Assembly (NCBI RefSeq): GCF_001194135.2
Contig: NC_068990.1
Location: forward strand, 65,158,397-65,222,396
Direction of reading: 5' to 3'
Source: Octopus bimaculoides
Taxonomy: Eukaryota
DNA: 64,000 nt
Shown here: one piece after another, positions 47,314-60,070 of the stretch
Layout: each line of letters starts with the position of its first letter
Position numbering within the stretch: position 1 is the first letter of the stretch
The notes under the pieces: model-generated
What the model saw: the letters and a program-made list of their open reading frames with translations, nothing else
Databases searched by the model: none
What the model was told of the DNA's origin: nothing
Position numbers and translations under genes: made by a program

Positions 47314-49084
47314 TTCCTCTTTGCCTCTCCCTTAGCCAAATATACCTTGTCACCTAGCTGTTCTTGCAGCCATTTGATAATGCTCCCTACTATCCCTTTC
47401 TTCCAGGTTTTCTGTGTTTCTGAGCCCTTATTACCCTATCAACTGAATTGTTCCACCACCATGTAACTCTTGGTTTGCTTGGGACTTTGCTCCAGTCACA
47501 TGTCTGTTCAGTGGCCGTGAACAAGTTAGTTTGTAAAAATTCCCAGTTTCCATATATGTTATAGATATTTTTGTTTACATCCTGGCAGTCATATATAAAT
47601 GTGTGAGTGTGTGCACATGTACTACTGTCTCCTTGCCTTGATTTTATGTGATAGTTGCAGAAGAACTGTTACTGTCATGCAAGTCATGTCCCTTATTTCC
47701 AACCTTCCATGAAAACATGTCTTATTATTATTTATATTACCTAACTTGGAAACAGGTTCAGATCAGCAATAGGAAGGGTATCTAGTTGTAGAAAAGTCTG
47801 ACTCCATGCAAGCATGGAAAAGTGGATGTAAATAACAATGACGATGAATCCCTGTCATAGGCACAAAGACAGGGGAGAGGTGGCTATGGCTTATGAACTC
47901 ATTAAAGAGCCCCTTATGTTATGAATGACCATGCGATTGCACCTAGAAAATTATTCTCCAAGGCACAAGTCTGGGCAAAGTTGTCTATGGAAGACCAGCA
48001 GTCACCCATGCACACCAGCCTCCCCCATGCCACCAATGTTAACCAAGGGAAAGGCAAAGCTGATACAGCTTGGCACCAGTGACATTGCAACTCATTTCTA
48101 CAGTCAAATGAACTGGAGCGATGTGAAATAAACGGTCTGACTCAAGAACACAACACACAGCCCAGTCCAGGAACCAAACTCATTATCTCAACGCTCTAAC
48201 CACTGAGTCATGTGCCTTCATAAACTCATTAAGGTATACATTATATCAGACCTAGAGTGATAAAAGGTAAAACAAACTCTGGCAGCATTTCACCTTGAAA
48301 CAGAGAGACAAAACTAAATATTGTAAGATAATTCAATCCTGGGGATGACCATTACAGATATTGTTATTGATAAGCATCATGAAAATGGTAATGGTGACAA
48401 TTGTGATGACAGCAGAGGTGCAGATAATGTTTATTTACCATAAGGTCAGAGAAAGAGGAACATTACAAGACAGAAATGTAGAGTTTTTACAGACTGAAAG
48501 TAAAGAGAGGTAAAGAATCTAAAGAGGGAACAACAACAGATATGCTGATGATGATGAGGGATGATTATTTCATGAAGTAGATTTAAGAGTCATTACTAAA
48601 ATGATAATATAAGGACAACTCAGTTGGATTCAAAATTAATGACTCAATGAAATAAACATTATTAAAAATATATATGAAAGTTTAAAAAATCAGTTGTGGA
48701 TATTCCAGATAATTCTGAAATTACTATATAGAATGGCAACATGCAGAGATGTGTAAACTTACCCATAGCACTGACATCAGGCTTCAACTGTAATAACACC
48801 TTTACTATGCCACTTTGTCAATAATAATAATAGGTCACATGCAGAGGTGTGTCACCCAATATTATCTACAACACTAATATCAGGTTTTAACAGCATTCTT
48901 CCAACACATTACTAGGTTGACCCAATCATGTCTATGTAGATCTATCTCTTCAATCACCTTGACTGATCTGAAACAAACAAAAAGGGGAAAATAATGTTTT
49001 GTTGACAAGGAGGTAGCCAAAAGAGTAAAAAGGCCAAGAGAAAAAGAATAAAATCAACAAATAACTGAAATGGTGGGGGCATCT

Positions 49085-49125
<41 letters not shown>

Positions 49126-49379
49126 ATTGAGAACTATATCATATTTATATACACACACACACAAATCTCTCTCTCTATATATATATATTATAGTAAGGGT
49201 GCATGACTTAATGGTTAGGGTGTTGATCTTGCAATCATGATTTCAATTTCTAGACCAGGTGGTGCATGGTGTTGAACAAAACACTTCATCTCACGTTACT
49301 CTACAATCACTTTGACACCTGACGTGTGGTACACAGTGCACCTGTTCAGACAACGTTGGTTTGATGGAGAGAGTGAGTT

Positions 49380-49750
49380 ACTGTGCGGCATGAATATTTA
49401 CTCTTTACTCTTTTACCCGTTTCAGTCATTTTTTACTACGGCCATGCTGGAGCACCACCTTTAGTTGACCGCAAATCAACCCCAGGACTTATTCTATCGG
49501 TCTCTTTTGCCAAACCGCTAAGTTACGGGGACGTAAACACACCAGCATCGGTTGTCAAGCGATGTTGGGGGGACAAACACAGACACCCAAACATACATAT
49601 ATACGACGGGCTTCTTTCAGTTTCCGTCTACCAAATCCACTCACAAGGCTTTGGTTGGCCTGAGGCTATAGTAGAAGGCACTTGCCCAAGGTGCCACGCA
49701 GTGGGACTGAACCCAGAACCATGTGGTTGGTAAGCAAGCTACTTACCACC
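49380..49750 (-). mobile_element. tRNA-derived CORE-like SINE, reverse orientation
   Basis: Reverse complement gives ggtggtaag...ggttcagtcccactgcgtggcaccttgggcaagtg...; fragments of the family also at about 3600-3690 and 19040-19185. Confidence 0.75.
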
Positions 49751-50529
49751 ATTTGTGCAGGTCATTCAGCAAAGAGCTGAGCACTCATACATTGTCTTCA
49801 ACGGTAGAGTCCATCACATATATATATATGTGCACAACATATACATGTATCCCTACATATCCCTCATCATTCTCTTAATTTCTGATCTATCCTTCCCGAG
49901 GTACCTCTTTCACCTTACACCCTCTCCATACTGATATTCCATGTCAGCTGTACCTCATCTACTCCTATTTCTAACTATCTGACACTCTCTGCACACACTT
50001 ATGAAAGCAGCCACTCCATCTTCTGACCCAGTCTCTACACTCTCTTATGCTCACCTTGTACATTGAAATTTTACGCTGGTACTCTATCACTACCATCTTT
50101 ACCGCTTTCTTAACTGCTGTCACCCACCTCTATATCATGTAGGAGTCATATATCACCTCTACAGCAAAACCCCTATGCTTGTCCTTCTATCATGCTTGTC
50201 CTTCTATGCTTGTCCTTCAACACTTAACATAAAACCACTCCCCCTACACACACTTAGAAGAGGGAGATTTTTCCTTTCTCCATGTACATTTTTTTTTTTT
50301 GTCTTGCAACCTCACTAGTGCTAGTGACAAGAAAAACAGCAACCAGTACAGACTGTAAGGTACTTAGTGTTAGGAAGAGCATCCTGCCGTAGAAACTATG
50401 CAAAAGCTGACACTGGAGCTTGGTACAACTCTGCAGATCACTGGATCCTTTCAGCAGACCATCCAACCTATTCCAGTATAGAAACATTAAATGATGACAA
50501 TTATGATTGACAGTGAAATTGAAATCAAA

Positions 50530-50985
50530 CTAAATTCGATGACTGGCACCCATGCCAATGTCGTCTCCTTCATTGGACACGAAACTCAGCTTGCGAAGAT
50601 TTATTGGGGCAAGCGAAAGCAAAATCGGGATGGCACCTGTGCCCAGTGTCGCCTTTCTGGCACTTGTGCCTGTGACATGTGTAAGGATTTTCGAGCGAGA
50701 CCGTTGCCAGTGCTCCTGGACTGGCTCTTGTGTGGGTGGCACATAAAATACACCATTTTGAGCGTGGCTGTTGCCAGTACTGCCTGACTGGCCTTCGTGC
50801 CGGTGGCACGTAAAAGCACCCACTACACTCTCTGAGTGGTTGGTGTTAGGAAGGGCATCCAGCTGTAGAAACTCTGCCAAATCTGGAGCCTGGTGTAGCC
50901 ATCTGGTTTCACCAGTCCTCAGTCAAATCGTCCAACCCATGCTAGCCTGGAAAGCGGACGTTAAATGATGACGATGATGAAGATA
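50530..50985 (+). mobile_element. RTE-type 3' tail / SINE with expanded internal minisatellite
   Basis: Repeated tggcac/gtgcc motifs followed by the near-consensus tail ending gttaaatgatgacgatgatga. Confidence 0.8.
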
Positions 50986-51104
50986 TATAGATTCATATGT
51001 GTGTGTGTATGAAAGTAATTTTATAATTTTGTTAAACTAAAAAATAAAAATAGGACTGCAGGTGGAAGTGCTCAGGTAACACTGAGATAAAAAGAAAAAA
51101 CAAA

Positions 51105-51997
51105 TTGAAGGGTATAATGAATAAACGCTCTAATTGGTCAAAAGTAACTTTATAACATTCTCATATCACAATACTGAACATAAATATATATTAAAAACAT
51201 CAGGGCATCCAGTGGTAACACCCAATAGTATAAAAATATACATATATATAAATATATACGAACACAAAAGGTGATAAAACCTGAAAAGGCAATATGTATT
51301 GCTTTTCAGGTTTTATCACCTTTTGTATTTGTATCATCATCATCATTTAACGTCCGCTTTCCATGCTGACATAGGTTGGATGGTTTGACTGAGGACTGGT
51401 GAGCCAGAGGCTGCACCAGGCTCAATCTGATCTGGCAAAGTTGCTACAGCTGGATGCCCTTCCTAACGCCAACCACTCCGAGAGTGTAGTGGATGCTTTT
51501 ACGTGACACCGGCACGAGGACCAGTCAGGTAGTTCTGGCAGCGACCATGCTCGAATGTTGTTTTTGATGTGCCGGGAGGGTGACTCTGGCAACGATCACG
51601 CTCGAATGGTGCTTTTCATGTGCCACCAGCACAGGAGCCAATCAGTGGTCCTGGTAATGGTCACGCTTGGATGTGCTTTTAACGTTCCACTAGCACAAGT
51701 GCCAATCAGACGGTACTGTTATTGGCCATGTCAGCGATTTTGATTTTGATTTCACTTGTCTCAATAGGTCTTCAAAGCAAAGTTTATTGTCCAGTGAATG
51801 AGGGGTATGTGGGCTGGTTACACCCACTGGCATAGGCCATGGTCTCACTTGGCTTGTCGGGTCTTCTCAAGCACAGCATTGAGTTTTACCACTGGATGCC
51901 CTGATGTTTTTAATATATATTTATGTACAATATTGTGATAATATGGGAATGTTATGAAGTTACTTTTAACTAGTTAATGTTTATTCATTATACCCTT

Positions 51998-52001
<4 letters not shown>
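51105..52001. repeat. Foldback (inverted repeat) element interrupted by an RTE tail
   Basis: Arms 51105-51222 and about 51882-52001 are reverse complements; central 30-bp-stem hairpin 51264-51326; RTE 3' fragment (minus) at 51335-51880. Confidence 0.85.
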
Positions 52002-52037
<36 letters not shown>

Positions 52038-53019
52038 TCATCATCATCGTTTAACGTCCGCTTTCCATGCTAGCATGGGTTGGACGATTTGACTGAGGAC
52101 TGGTGCAACCGGATGGCTACACCAGGCTCCAAATATATATATATATAAGGCATCAGGAAAGACATCCGGCCATAGAAACCAAACCAGAACAGGCAATGGA
52201 GTCTGGTACAGCCCCTGTCAAACCATCGAATTTATGCCAGCATGGAAAATGGACGTTAAATGATGATGATGATATTAAGCCTGTAAATGTAAAAAAATGA
52301 AGTAGGTAATTATGTACTACACATGCTTCAAAAGGAGCACCAAATACATATAATGGAACCTTAAGGTGTTACATAAATTATGTGGTTCTAATAAAGGCAC
52401 TTCTATCAGTCAGAAGTGAATCTGCCAAGAGAAAACAGGAAAAAATTTGTACATTTTAGCAGTTGAAAGAGAAGAAGAAATGGGAATTAATGGAGTAGCC
52501 AATCTTGTGCCTCTTTTGCAAATGAATGTAATGAAGTAAAATGGGGTATAGTTTTAAGAAAGTCAGTTCCTTATCTGAATAAATGGATCTATGGGGTGGC
52601 TGCAGATAGCTCTTGGGTGATTATTTAGTTATAAAGCTGAAAAAAGTGCCATAATGGAAAAATCTAGAATACAGGAAGGGATGTTAATTGCTTTGAGCAG
52701 GCATGAATGGTTTAGCTAGAGGTTCAAAATGGGAAACCCCAAAAATTGTTAATATAAATAATTAATAATAATTTAATAAAAATAGAATTAAAAATAGCAG
52801 TTAAAAGTTTTAAAATATTTTTACTTAATAATAAAGAATTGATATGATACAATTTAAAATTATTATCACTGTTTGGTTGTAAATATGGTAACCTTGCACT
52901 TGTTTTATGACAAACCGTTCAACATCTTCCACTGAATGCTGCATGTGAACTGAATGCATGTCTCATTTGCTTCGTAATTTAAAACTGAGGTCTGGAACAA
53001 GGGAAGTTATTTTACAATG

Positions 53020-54881
53020 GCTAGTGCTCTGCCAGGTAGGGAAAAGAGAGAACCAAGGAAGATCATATTTTTCGAGATAAGTGGGAGTTGTATTTCTGCA
53101 TAACTGTTAACTCAAAGATGCCCTGTTTAATTTGCAATAACTGCATTGCCACACCAAAGGAAGACAACTTGAAAAAACATTACAAAAAAGATGAATCTTC
53201 CTGTGCTTAATACAAAGGTTCCATGTGTTTATAAAAACTATAAGAATTGAAGTTGAGTTTCAGTCAGCAATAAACTTATGTCATAAAAATTTAAGAAGGA
53301 AACATAACCTCTGTTACTGCAAGTTATGAACTGAGTCAAATGTTCACTAGCAGTGGAAAATCCTACAGTGACAGATACACCATAAAAAAAATGTCCTGTG
53401 AAAACAGTTTAAACTATTTGGACTGAGAAAGCAAAAGAATTCAAAGACATTTCTCTAAAAAGAAGTTCTGTGACAGTGAAGATAGATGAAATACCAGATG
53501 AAAGCTGCATTGTCAAAGTTCACCAATTTTTTTTATTGCTGTTGATGACCCAGTTGACATCAGCAGTATAGCACAGCTTGCTACTTTTATCAGTGCTTGT
53601 AAGGCTGATTTTAATATCTATGAAGTGTTGTTTGAAATGGTACCAATGCATGAAACTACAAGTCAGGACATTTTTGAAAAAGTGGAACAAGTTCTGCAGG
53701 AATATAATTTGAACTTGGCTAAGCTTGTCTATTCAGTTATTGATGGTTCTGTTAACATGGTTGGCACACATAACAATGTTGGTGTCCAGTTACGGACAGC
53801 GATAGAACCCCCTCCACTTTCCTCTCAAATTCATCATTTGTCCACTTCCATTGTATTATTCGTCAGCAAAACTTGTGTTCAAAGATTTATTCATGGTTGT
53901 GCATTGATACAGTGTCAACTCAACCAGTTGTTGGAAGATATGGGGAGTGATTTTACTGATGTTCCATACTACACTGAAGTACATGAGTTATCATGTCACA
54001 AAGTATTGAAAAGATACCATTTGATGGGAGAAGAAATTATTTTGTTTTTAGAGATGAAGTGCCAGAATACAGAGGAACTGAAGGAGGAAACATGGATTGA
54101 GGTTCTGATCTAAAATTGAAATTGCAAGGGAAAAACAAAATAACCACCCAGTTGTATGATGATATTTGGTGCTTTATCACAAAAATAAATTTGTAGAAGT
54201 CACAAGTGTCAAATGCAAATTTGGTTTATTTAACCACATGCAAAGAACTGAAGAACAAGACAATCTGAGATGAACTTTTCTAAAGATTTATTGATTTTTC
54301 AGCTGACGAAAATGAATGCTTTATTCACAGCACCTTTTTCTCCCTGATGCTGCCAAGGAAGATGAAAGTATACAGGTAGAACTGTTAGAAATGCAGCCAG
54401 ACTCTTTACTTAGAACCAAGTGTAATGAAATGGGATCATAGGATCTGCCTGAACAATTTGAGAAAATCAAGCAATTTGCCACAAAGATTATGTGTGTGAA
54501 CAGATGTTTTCCTTCATGAAAACAACAAAAACTTCTGAAAGGACCTAATTGACAGACAAACATTTGCCATCATTAATGAAAATTGGTATTGCATGGACAC
54601 ATGATCCAGATATATGAAAATTAGTTACCAAAAAGTGATACCAAGCATCAGGACAGCAAAATTATAATCAACATTTACCAGTAAACTTGTACATCTTTTG
54701 AATAGTTACTGTTCAGTAATATAGTTTTTTGTGGTCGTTATAAAATTTGTCTGTACAAAATTATTCTGGCATCAGTTTTCATCAAATGATGGAAATCTTT
54801 ATTGTAGACACGTTTAAAAATCTGTGGTCCCCATGACAACTATGTCAACAATGTGGCCCAGAGACAGGTTTGACATACCTT
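53020..54881 (+). mobile_element. hAT (Buster/SPIN, GTF2IRD2-like) transposase pseudogene
   Basis: VDDPVDISSIAQLATFI, ETTSQDIFEKV, VIDGSVNMVG, HCIIRQQ, DVPYYTEV...KVLKR, in broken frames; terminus-like gtttgacatacc near 54867. Confidence 0.8.
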
Positions 54882-55387
54882 GTTTAAAGAAGATAATATG
54901 AGTGGAGAGAAGAGAAAGATGGAGTGACAAGAAAGTGAAACAAAAACAACATATCATATATAGGGCTGTTTGCAAATCATTGTACACAAGAATATCCATC
55001 CTCCACAGCAGAAATGTTAAGGCCACTCCCCCTGATGAAGTGGATTGGCTCGCAAGAGTTCTGCATTGCAAAATGCACTCATGCCAGTGCCATGTAAAAG
55101 CACCCAGCACACACTGTAAAGTGGTTGGCATTAGGAAGGGCATCCAACTGTGGAAACCAAGGCAAATCAAACTGGAACCTGGTGCAGCTCTCCAACCCAT
55201 ACCAACACAGAAAACAGACGTTAAAGAATGATGATGTCCTCACATTTCCAAATACAGATGTCATGAAATAAAATTAAGTTAGATAGGTACACCAATGCAC
55301 AATATACTTACACAAATATTTATAAAGAATATACCTACATGTCATCACTCGTGCATATATACATATATATATACATGCACACACATA

Positions 55388-55950
55388 CGAGTGTGAGCAA
55401 AAAGTAGGCATAAAGTTGGTTAATAAGTAGAATATTCTTTTCATTTCTCTATTTCTTTTTTAGGTAATCGATTCATAAGACGACCAAGGGATCTGCGAGA
55501 GATGCCTAGTTCATTGGAAGCTCTCTTTTTTGATTTCTGGGGGCTCTGGGTAAATGCTTGAGCCACAAGAATTTTATTTTCTTCAGTGGTAACACTGACT
55601 GGTCGACCGCTTTTCTGCGCATTACAGACAGACCCAGTCTGCTCAAATTTATCACGTATTCTATATACTGTTAATCTTGATGGAGCTGGTCTTTGAAATT
55701 CTTCAGTCCATTTCTGTCTAACCATTTCTGCATTCCCGGTTTTCCAGTACTGTTTGAGGATCCATTTCCGTTCCTCATTGGTCAAATTTCCAGCCATATA
55801 ATAAATATCTGAAATTAGAAATAATTATCTTATTATAGAAAGAATTAGTTAAAAAGAACACAGAATTTTTATCCTCAAAAAAGAAATAGAGAAATGAAAA
55901 GGACATTTCACTCATATTAAACAACTGTATACTTACTTCTGCCTATGTGT
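55388..55950 (-). mobile_element. Truncated rosa/DD41D-like Tc1/mariner element
   Basis: ORF 55441-55797 (LTNEERKWILKQYWK...SRLTVYRIRDKFEQTGSV...KSGRPVSVTTEEN), DUF4817-type HTH; TIR-like cgagtgtgagcaaaaagtaggc after TA at 55388. Confidence 0.75.
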
Positions 55951-56687
55951 GTGTGTGTATATATATATATATAAAACATGCAATTTTTCGGCAACTTGTA
56001 TCCCCATGTCATACACTTAATTTGATACTTGTCAAACCCTACCCCCTAAGCCTCTTTCATATTTCTCTCCATCATTTCCTAGTCACCTCAATCCTACCCA
56101 CTCACTCAGTCCAAACCTCTGTATCACCTCACCTATTTTCACAAACCCCAATGTCACATCACATCTTTGCCCTCATCTCTCCCATTAACACTCTCTAACT
56201 CACTCTCCTTTCTTTTCCAACTGGAGTATCTACGTACCTACTCTACAGCAAAATACCTATCTCTGTCCATCTATACCTTTAATTTCTCAAATGGTACAGA
56301 ATAACACCCACCTCAATATTACTTCCCCATTCCACTTAAGGTGTTTTTGTCTTGTAAAGTATTTGGTGACTCTGTTGATGATGGCACCATGTAAAAAGCA
56401 CTGGTGATGATGCCACATAAAAAGACACCTGGTACACTCTCTTAAGTGGGTGGAATTAGGAAGGGCATCCAGCTGTAGAAACCATGTGAAAACAAAGGAA
56501 CCTGGTGAGGCTCCCAGCTTTGTCAAATTGTCCAAGGCTGGGTGGAGGAGTTTGTCTCCCCCTCGTAAGGATAAGGGCACAGGAAATGTGTCAAGGCCTA
56601 ATAGGAAGCAGTCTGGCTTCCTAGGGCTAAACAGCAGTAGTATATTCCCTTATTGGGACTGTCACGTTAAGTTGGCAGTATACAACT

Positions 56688-56693
<6 letters not shown>

Positions 56694-56739
<46 letters not shown>
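56694..56739. repeat. (TA)n microsatellite; others at about 1427, 3580, 10754-10825 (TG/TA/CA), 18350 (CA)n, 49088 (GA)n, 52001
   Basis: Direct reading. Confidence 0.95.
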
Positions 56740-56743
<4 letters not shown>

Positions 56744-57070
56744 TTTGGTGGACGTTGGAGTTAGGAGGCACCAACAAGATGAAATTTCTGTTTTGACGGA
56801 TTTTTCGGTTTTCTTTTTTTCATGGTGTCCTTGGAAATAATCTGGAGCATCTTTTTTAAAAAAAATTTTTTTGAAAAATTGTTTCCTTCAGTCCACCCCA
56901 TCCCTGCCGCCATTCTCCCCTCTCCGAACCAATTTTGTGGGCACTATACACTTAAAAACTATAGAAGTCTTTTCGGTATAAAAAAAAAAAAGGTAAATAT
57001 TTTCAGGAGGGACTAAAGGGAGGTTTTGCTGTTGTTTCTAGCTTCCTAACTCCGACGTCCACCAATTATT
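56739..57070. mobile_element. MITE with roughly 30-bp terminal inverted repeats
   Basis: aattatttggtggacgttggagttagga and cttcctaactccgacgtccaccaattatt. Confidence 0.7.
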
Positions 57071-57919
57071 TAATATTATCTGGGTAAATAACCTTATAGC
57101 AAACTTTCCAAAGCTCCTCTATAGGTATCGACAATCAAATGCTATCATGCAGTAGGATTTCTCCTTTTACTGGATATATATATGGATATGCGCAAAATTC
57201 ATACAAGAGAATTTTAATACGGGAAGTGTTTTGTTTCTCACCGCACTTTAAAATGATGGGGGAAAACTTTCTATTAGTAAAAACATTTTTGAAAATTTAT
57301 GGTTTTTTAACCTCTCTCTCACACACACACCACACAGTCCTCACTATAGTGATTGCCATTACAAATCTCCCCCACTCCTTTTTTAAAACAAAAAAATTAA
57401 ATGTCTTTTCTTTTCAACATCAACAAAAAAAAAAAAGGGTAAAAAAGTGAATTTAAAATCATTTGTTCCTATAAGTGATTTCTACAATTCTATAAAATTC
57501 GACCTTCGACTGTCTTCTTACATCTCACTTCCACAAAATATATCTACTTCCCAAACCTTTAAGCTTTATTCCTATTCACCTATCGCTCTATATCTCTCCA
57601 CTATTAGTTTTCTGCTAATTTCTTTCTTTCTCCTCCTCCTCTTTCTATAAAGTACCTTTGACATATCTACTAATGGTTTTTCTTTAAAAAAAACTTGCTA
57701 GCGTTCTCTTCATCATATACGCAGTCATCACATTCTGTTAAAATGTCTTATCGATGTGTTTGGTCTCTTTTTTTCCTTGATGAGAAGATTGCATTGTTTT
57801 ACACCATTTTATTCCTTCAAGAATAATACTAATGTTTTCTTCAAAGCATATGTCAGAAGTAAAAAGATTTGAATAACACCTGCGTTTAACTCCATTTATA
57901 TATATATATATTCGCCCTT

Positions 57920-58207
57920 TTAAAGCCTAGCCAGGCTCATGGGCCCGGTTACCCGGTTTTGTATGGCGTATGTATTCCCCCAGCAGGACGGGACGCCAGT
58001 CCATTGCAGCGTTACTCAAGAAACAGGAAGAAAGAGTGAGAGAAAGTTGGGGCGAAAGAGTACAACATGGGTCGCCACCACCCCCTACCGTAGCCTCGTG
58101 GAGCTTTTAGGTGTTTTCGCTCAACACGCACAACGCCCGATCTGGGAATCGAAACCGCGATCCTCCGACTGTGAGTCCGCTGCCCTAACCATTTGGGCCA
58201 TTGCACC
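57920..58207 (-). mobile_element. tRNA-derived SINE, reverse orientation
   Basis: Head identical in type to 6661-6860; 3' part differs (ctgcaatggactggcgtcccgtcc..gggg). Confidence 0.8.
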
Positions 58208-58221
58208 TCTTTCTCTCTCTT

Positions 58222-58266
<45 letters not shown>

Positions 58267-59650
58267 TGCTTTATATCATAGTGTGCTTGCATATTGACCT
58301 ATATATGCTGATGCAAACAGGAAAAATAGAACCCAAAATATGAATATATGCATATTCTTTTATTAATATATATATACTGAATACTGTAATATGCTACCTG
58401 AAAATTGAAACGTTCATGGATAGAGATGACCTGCGTCATCACAGATTCCTTTATGCATAGCTGTCACCATTTTTACTTGTTCAGCCATTGCTAGGGATAC
58501 GCCCTAAATGGTTTAGTCAAAAATGGCCACATATTTTCAAAACTGTTACTTATTTTATAGGTGTCTTTTGCCAAACCCTTAAAACCAACCAACACCAGTT
58601 GCCGAGCGGGGGAAGATGGGAACAAGTACAGAGACACGAACACACACGACGACCTTCCTTCAGTTCCTTCTCAAATTCACTCACAAGCATTGGTAAGTTC
58701 AGAGATTACCTAAAGTATGGGGCAGTGAACTGGAGCGAAAAAAGCAAATTAAGACCTGAATAATAATAATAGATGGCGATGCTTTTGATCATGGGTATGC
58801 TGTATCAGAGCAGACCTGTGACTAAACAAGTAGCAACAGACTCGTCCCAGTCAAAGAGAAATAGTCAACGTGGTCATTCGAATATGCTCTCTTTTCTATA
58901 GAAATAATGTATCCTTGAAGATAAACGTAATTCTGTTATTTACACAGATTATTACAAGTTTAGGCACTATCATGCTATTAGCTGTCAGAAGTGAAAGTGC
59001 TCACTGCCTGCTAGTGAAGTATCTATCTGTCTGCCTGCATGCCTGTTGCTGGCCTGTCGATTCTTTGGCTACTGACAGCTAATACCATGACTGGCCGGAG
59101 CGAGCTATATGTCTGTCTGTCTCTCTATCTATCTATTACTCGAAAGTCAACTTACCTATATCAGCTGTAAACAGCAACTTTAAATTTTTCACCAAATTAC
59201 CACAGAAATTACCTCGTAATAAGATTTGGAGTTTGAAGTTTTCATTAACTTCTCTCGACTTGAATGTACATGTGCTTCTTTATTTTTAGCCATACCTTCG
59301 TATCGCGACACAGAAAAGGTGATCTTAAGTTTTCAGCTACGTTTTCCATATGTATTTGTGGTATGTGTGTGTATATATTCATGGTACCACAATTGATATA
59401 CGCACAATATATTTTTAAATATATATATAGTAAAGATTACGACGTGTTTGGATTTGCAGGCATTTCAACGCCCTTGAGCACCGGTACAAAACGAAAATGA
59501 TGTCAGCCGGCAAGTTCAACGAAATACTAAAAAAAAAAAATGCAGGCATTAATGATTTCTAAAATATACATTTACGTAGAGGTGAGCACCGTTTATCAAA
59601 AAGTTAACTTCGTTAATCTTTAACCCGTTAATTTGGTACTATTCAAGAAG

Positions 59651-60070
59651 AGTGGTCCCGGTGCGTGCACTCGCGCATCCGCGCTAGCTAGTGGTGACTA
59701 GTCGATCCTACAACGACTATCTAGCGCGAATGCGCAAAACATGTATAAGGGTTTTTTTTTTAAACAAAGTAAATAATGTTTTTAAAACAAAGTAAATAAA
59801 ACACAAATTCTTAAAACGTCGTTTTACGTTCTTCCAGGGTGTATTTTGGTGTCACATCTATTTCAGTAATCTTATTGTACGCACACCAACAATCAGAATA
59901 TATATATAAATAATTTTTTTAATAAGTGGTAGAAGAGTTTCAGATGAACCTGGTACTACTAAAGCATAGTGGTCCCGAACGCGCAGTCGTGCGTCCGCGC
60001 TAGCTAGTCGTGCGTCCGCGCTAGCTAGTCGTGAGTGGTCGATCCTACAAGTGCGTGCGCGAGCGAGCAA
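59651..60070. repeat. CpG-rich duplicated block with 21-bp tandem repeats
   Basis: agtcgtgcgtccgcgctagct twice at 59985-60026; blocks agtggtcccg...ccgcgctagctagt...gtcgatcctacaa at 59651-59713 and 59968-60050. Confidence 0.85.

Larger units (their letters stand above)
40883..48967 (-). pseudogene. Mind-bomb (MIB)-like ankyrin-RING-death-domain pseudogene, multi-exon, interrupted by mariners and SINEs
   Basis: Splice-bounded exons: 48763-48967 (LLKPDISVVDN/GDTPLHV...IVKVLLQLKPDVSAM, ankyrin), 43610-43752 (CTVLCEDNLATAKFCPCGYNWICEEYSRIKLKR / EQPVTSKSGF, degenerate RING), 40883-40954 (ESQKLDEKNLLKVAKQLESKLQHV, death-domain start); weaker candidates near 47460-47590, 46000-46310, 44055-44178 and 41566-41775; stops and frameshifts present. 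Confidence 0.6.
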
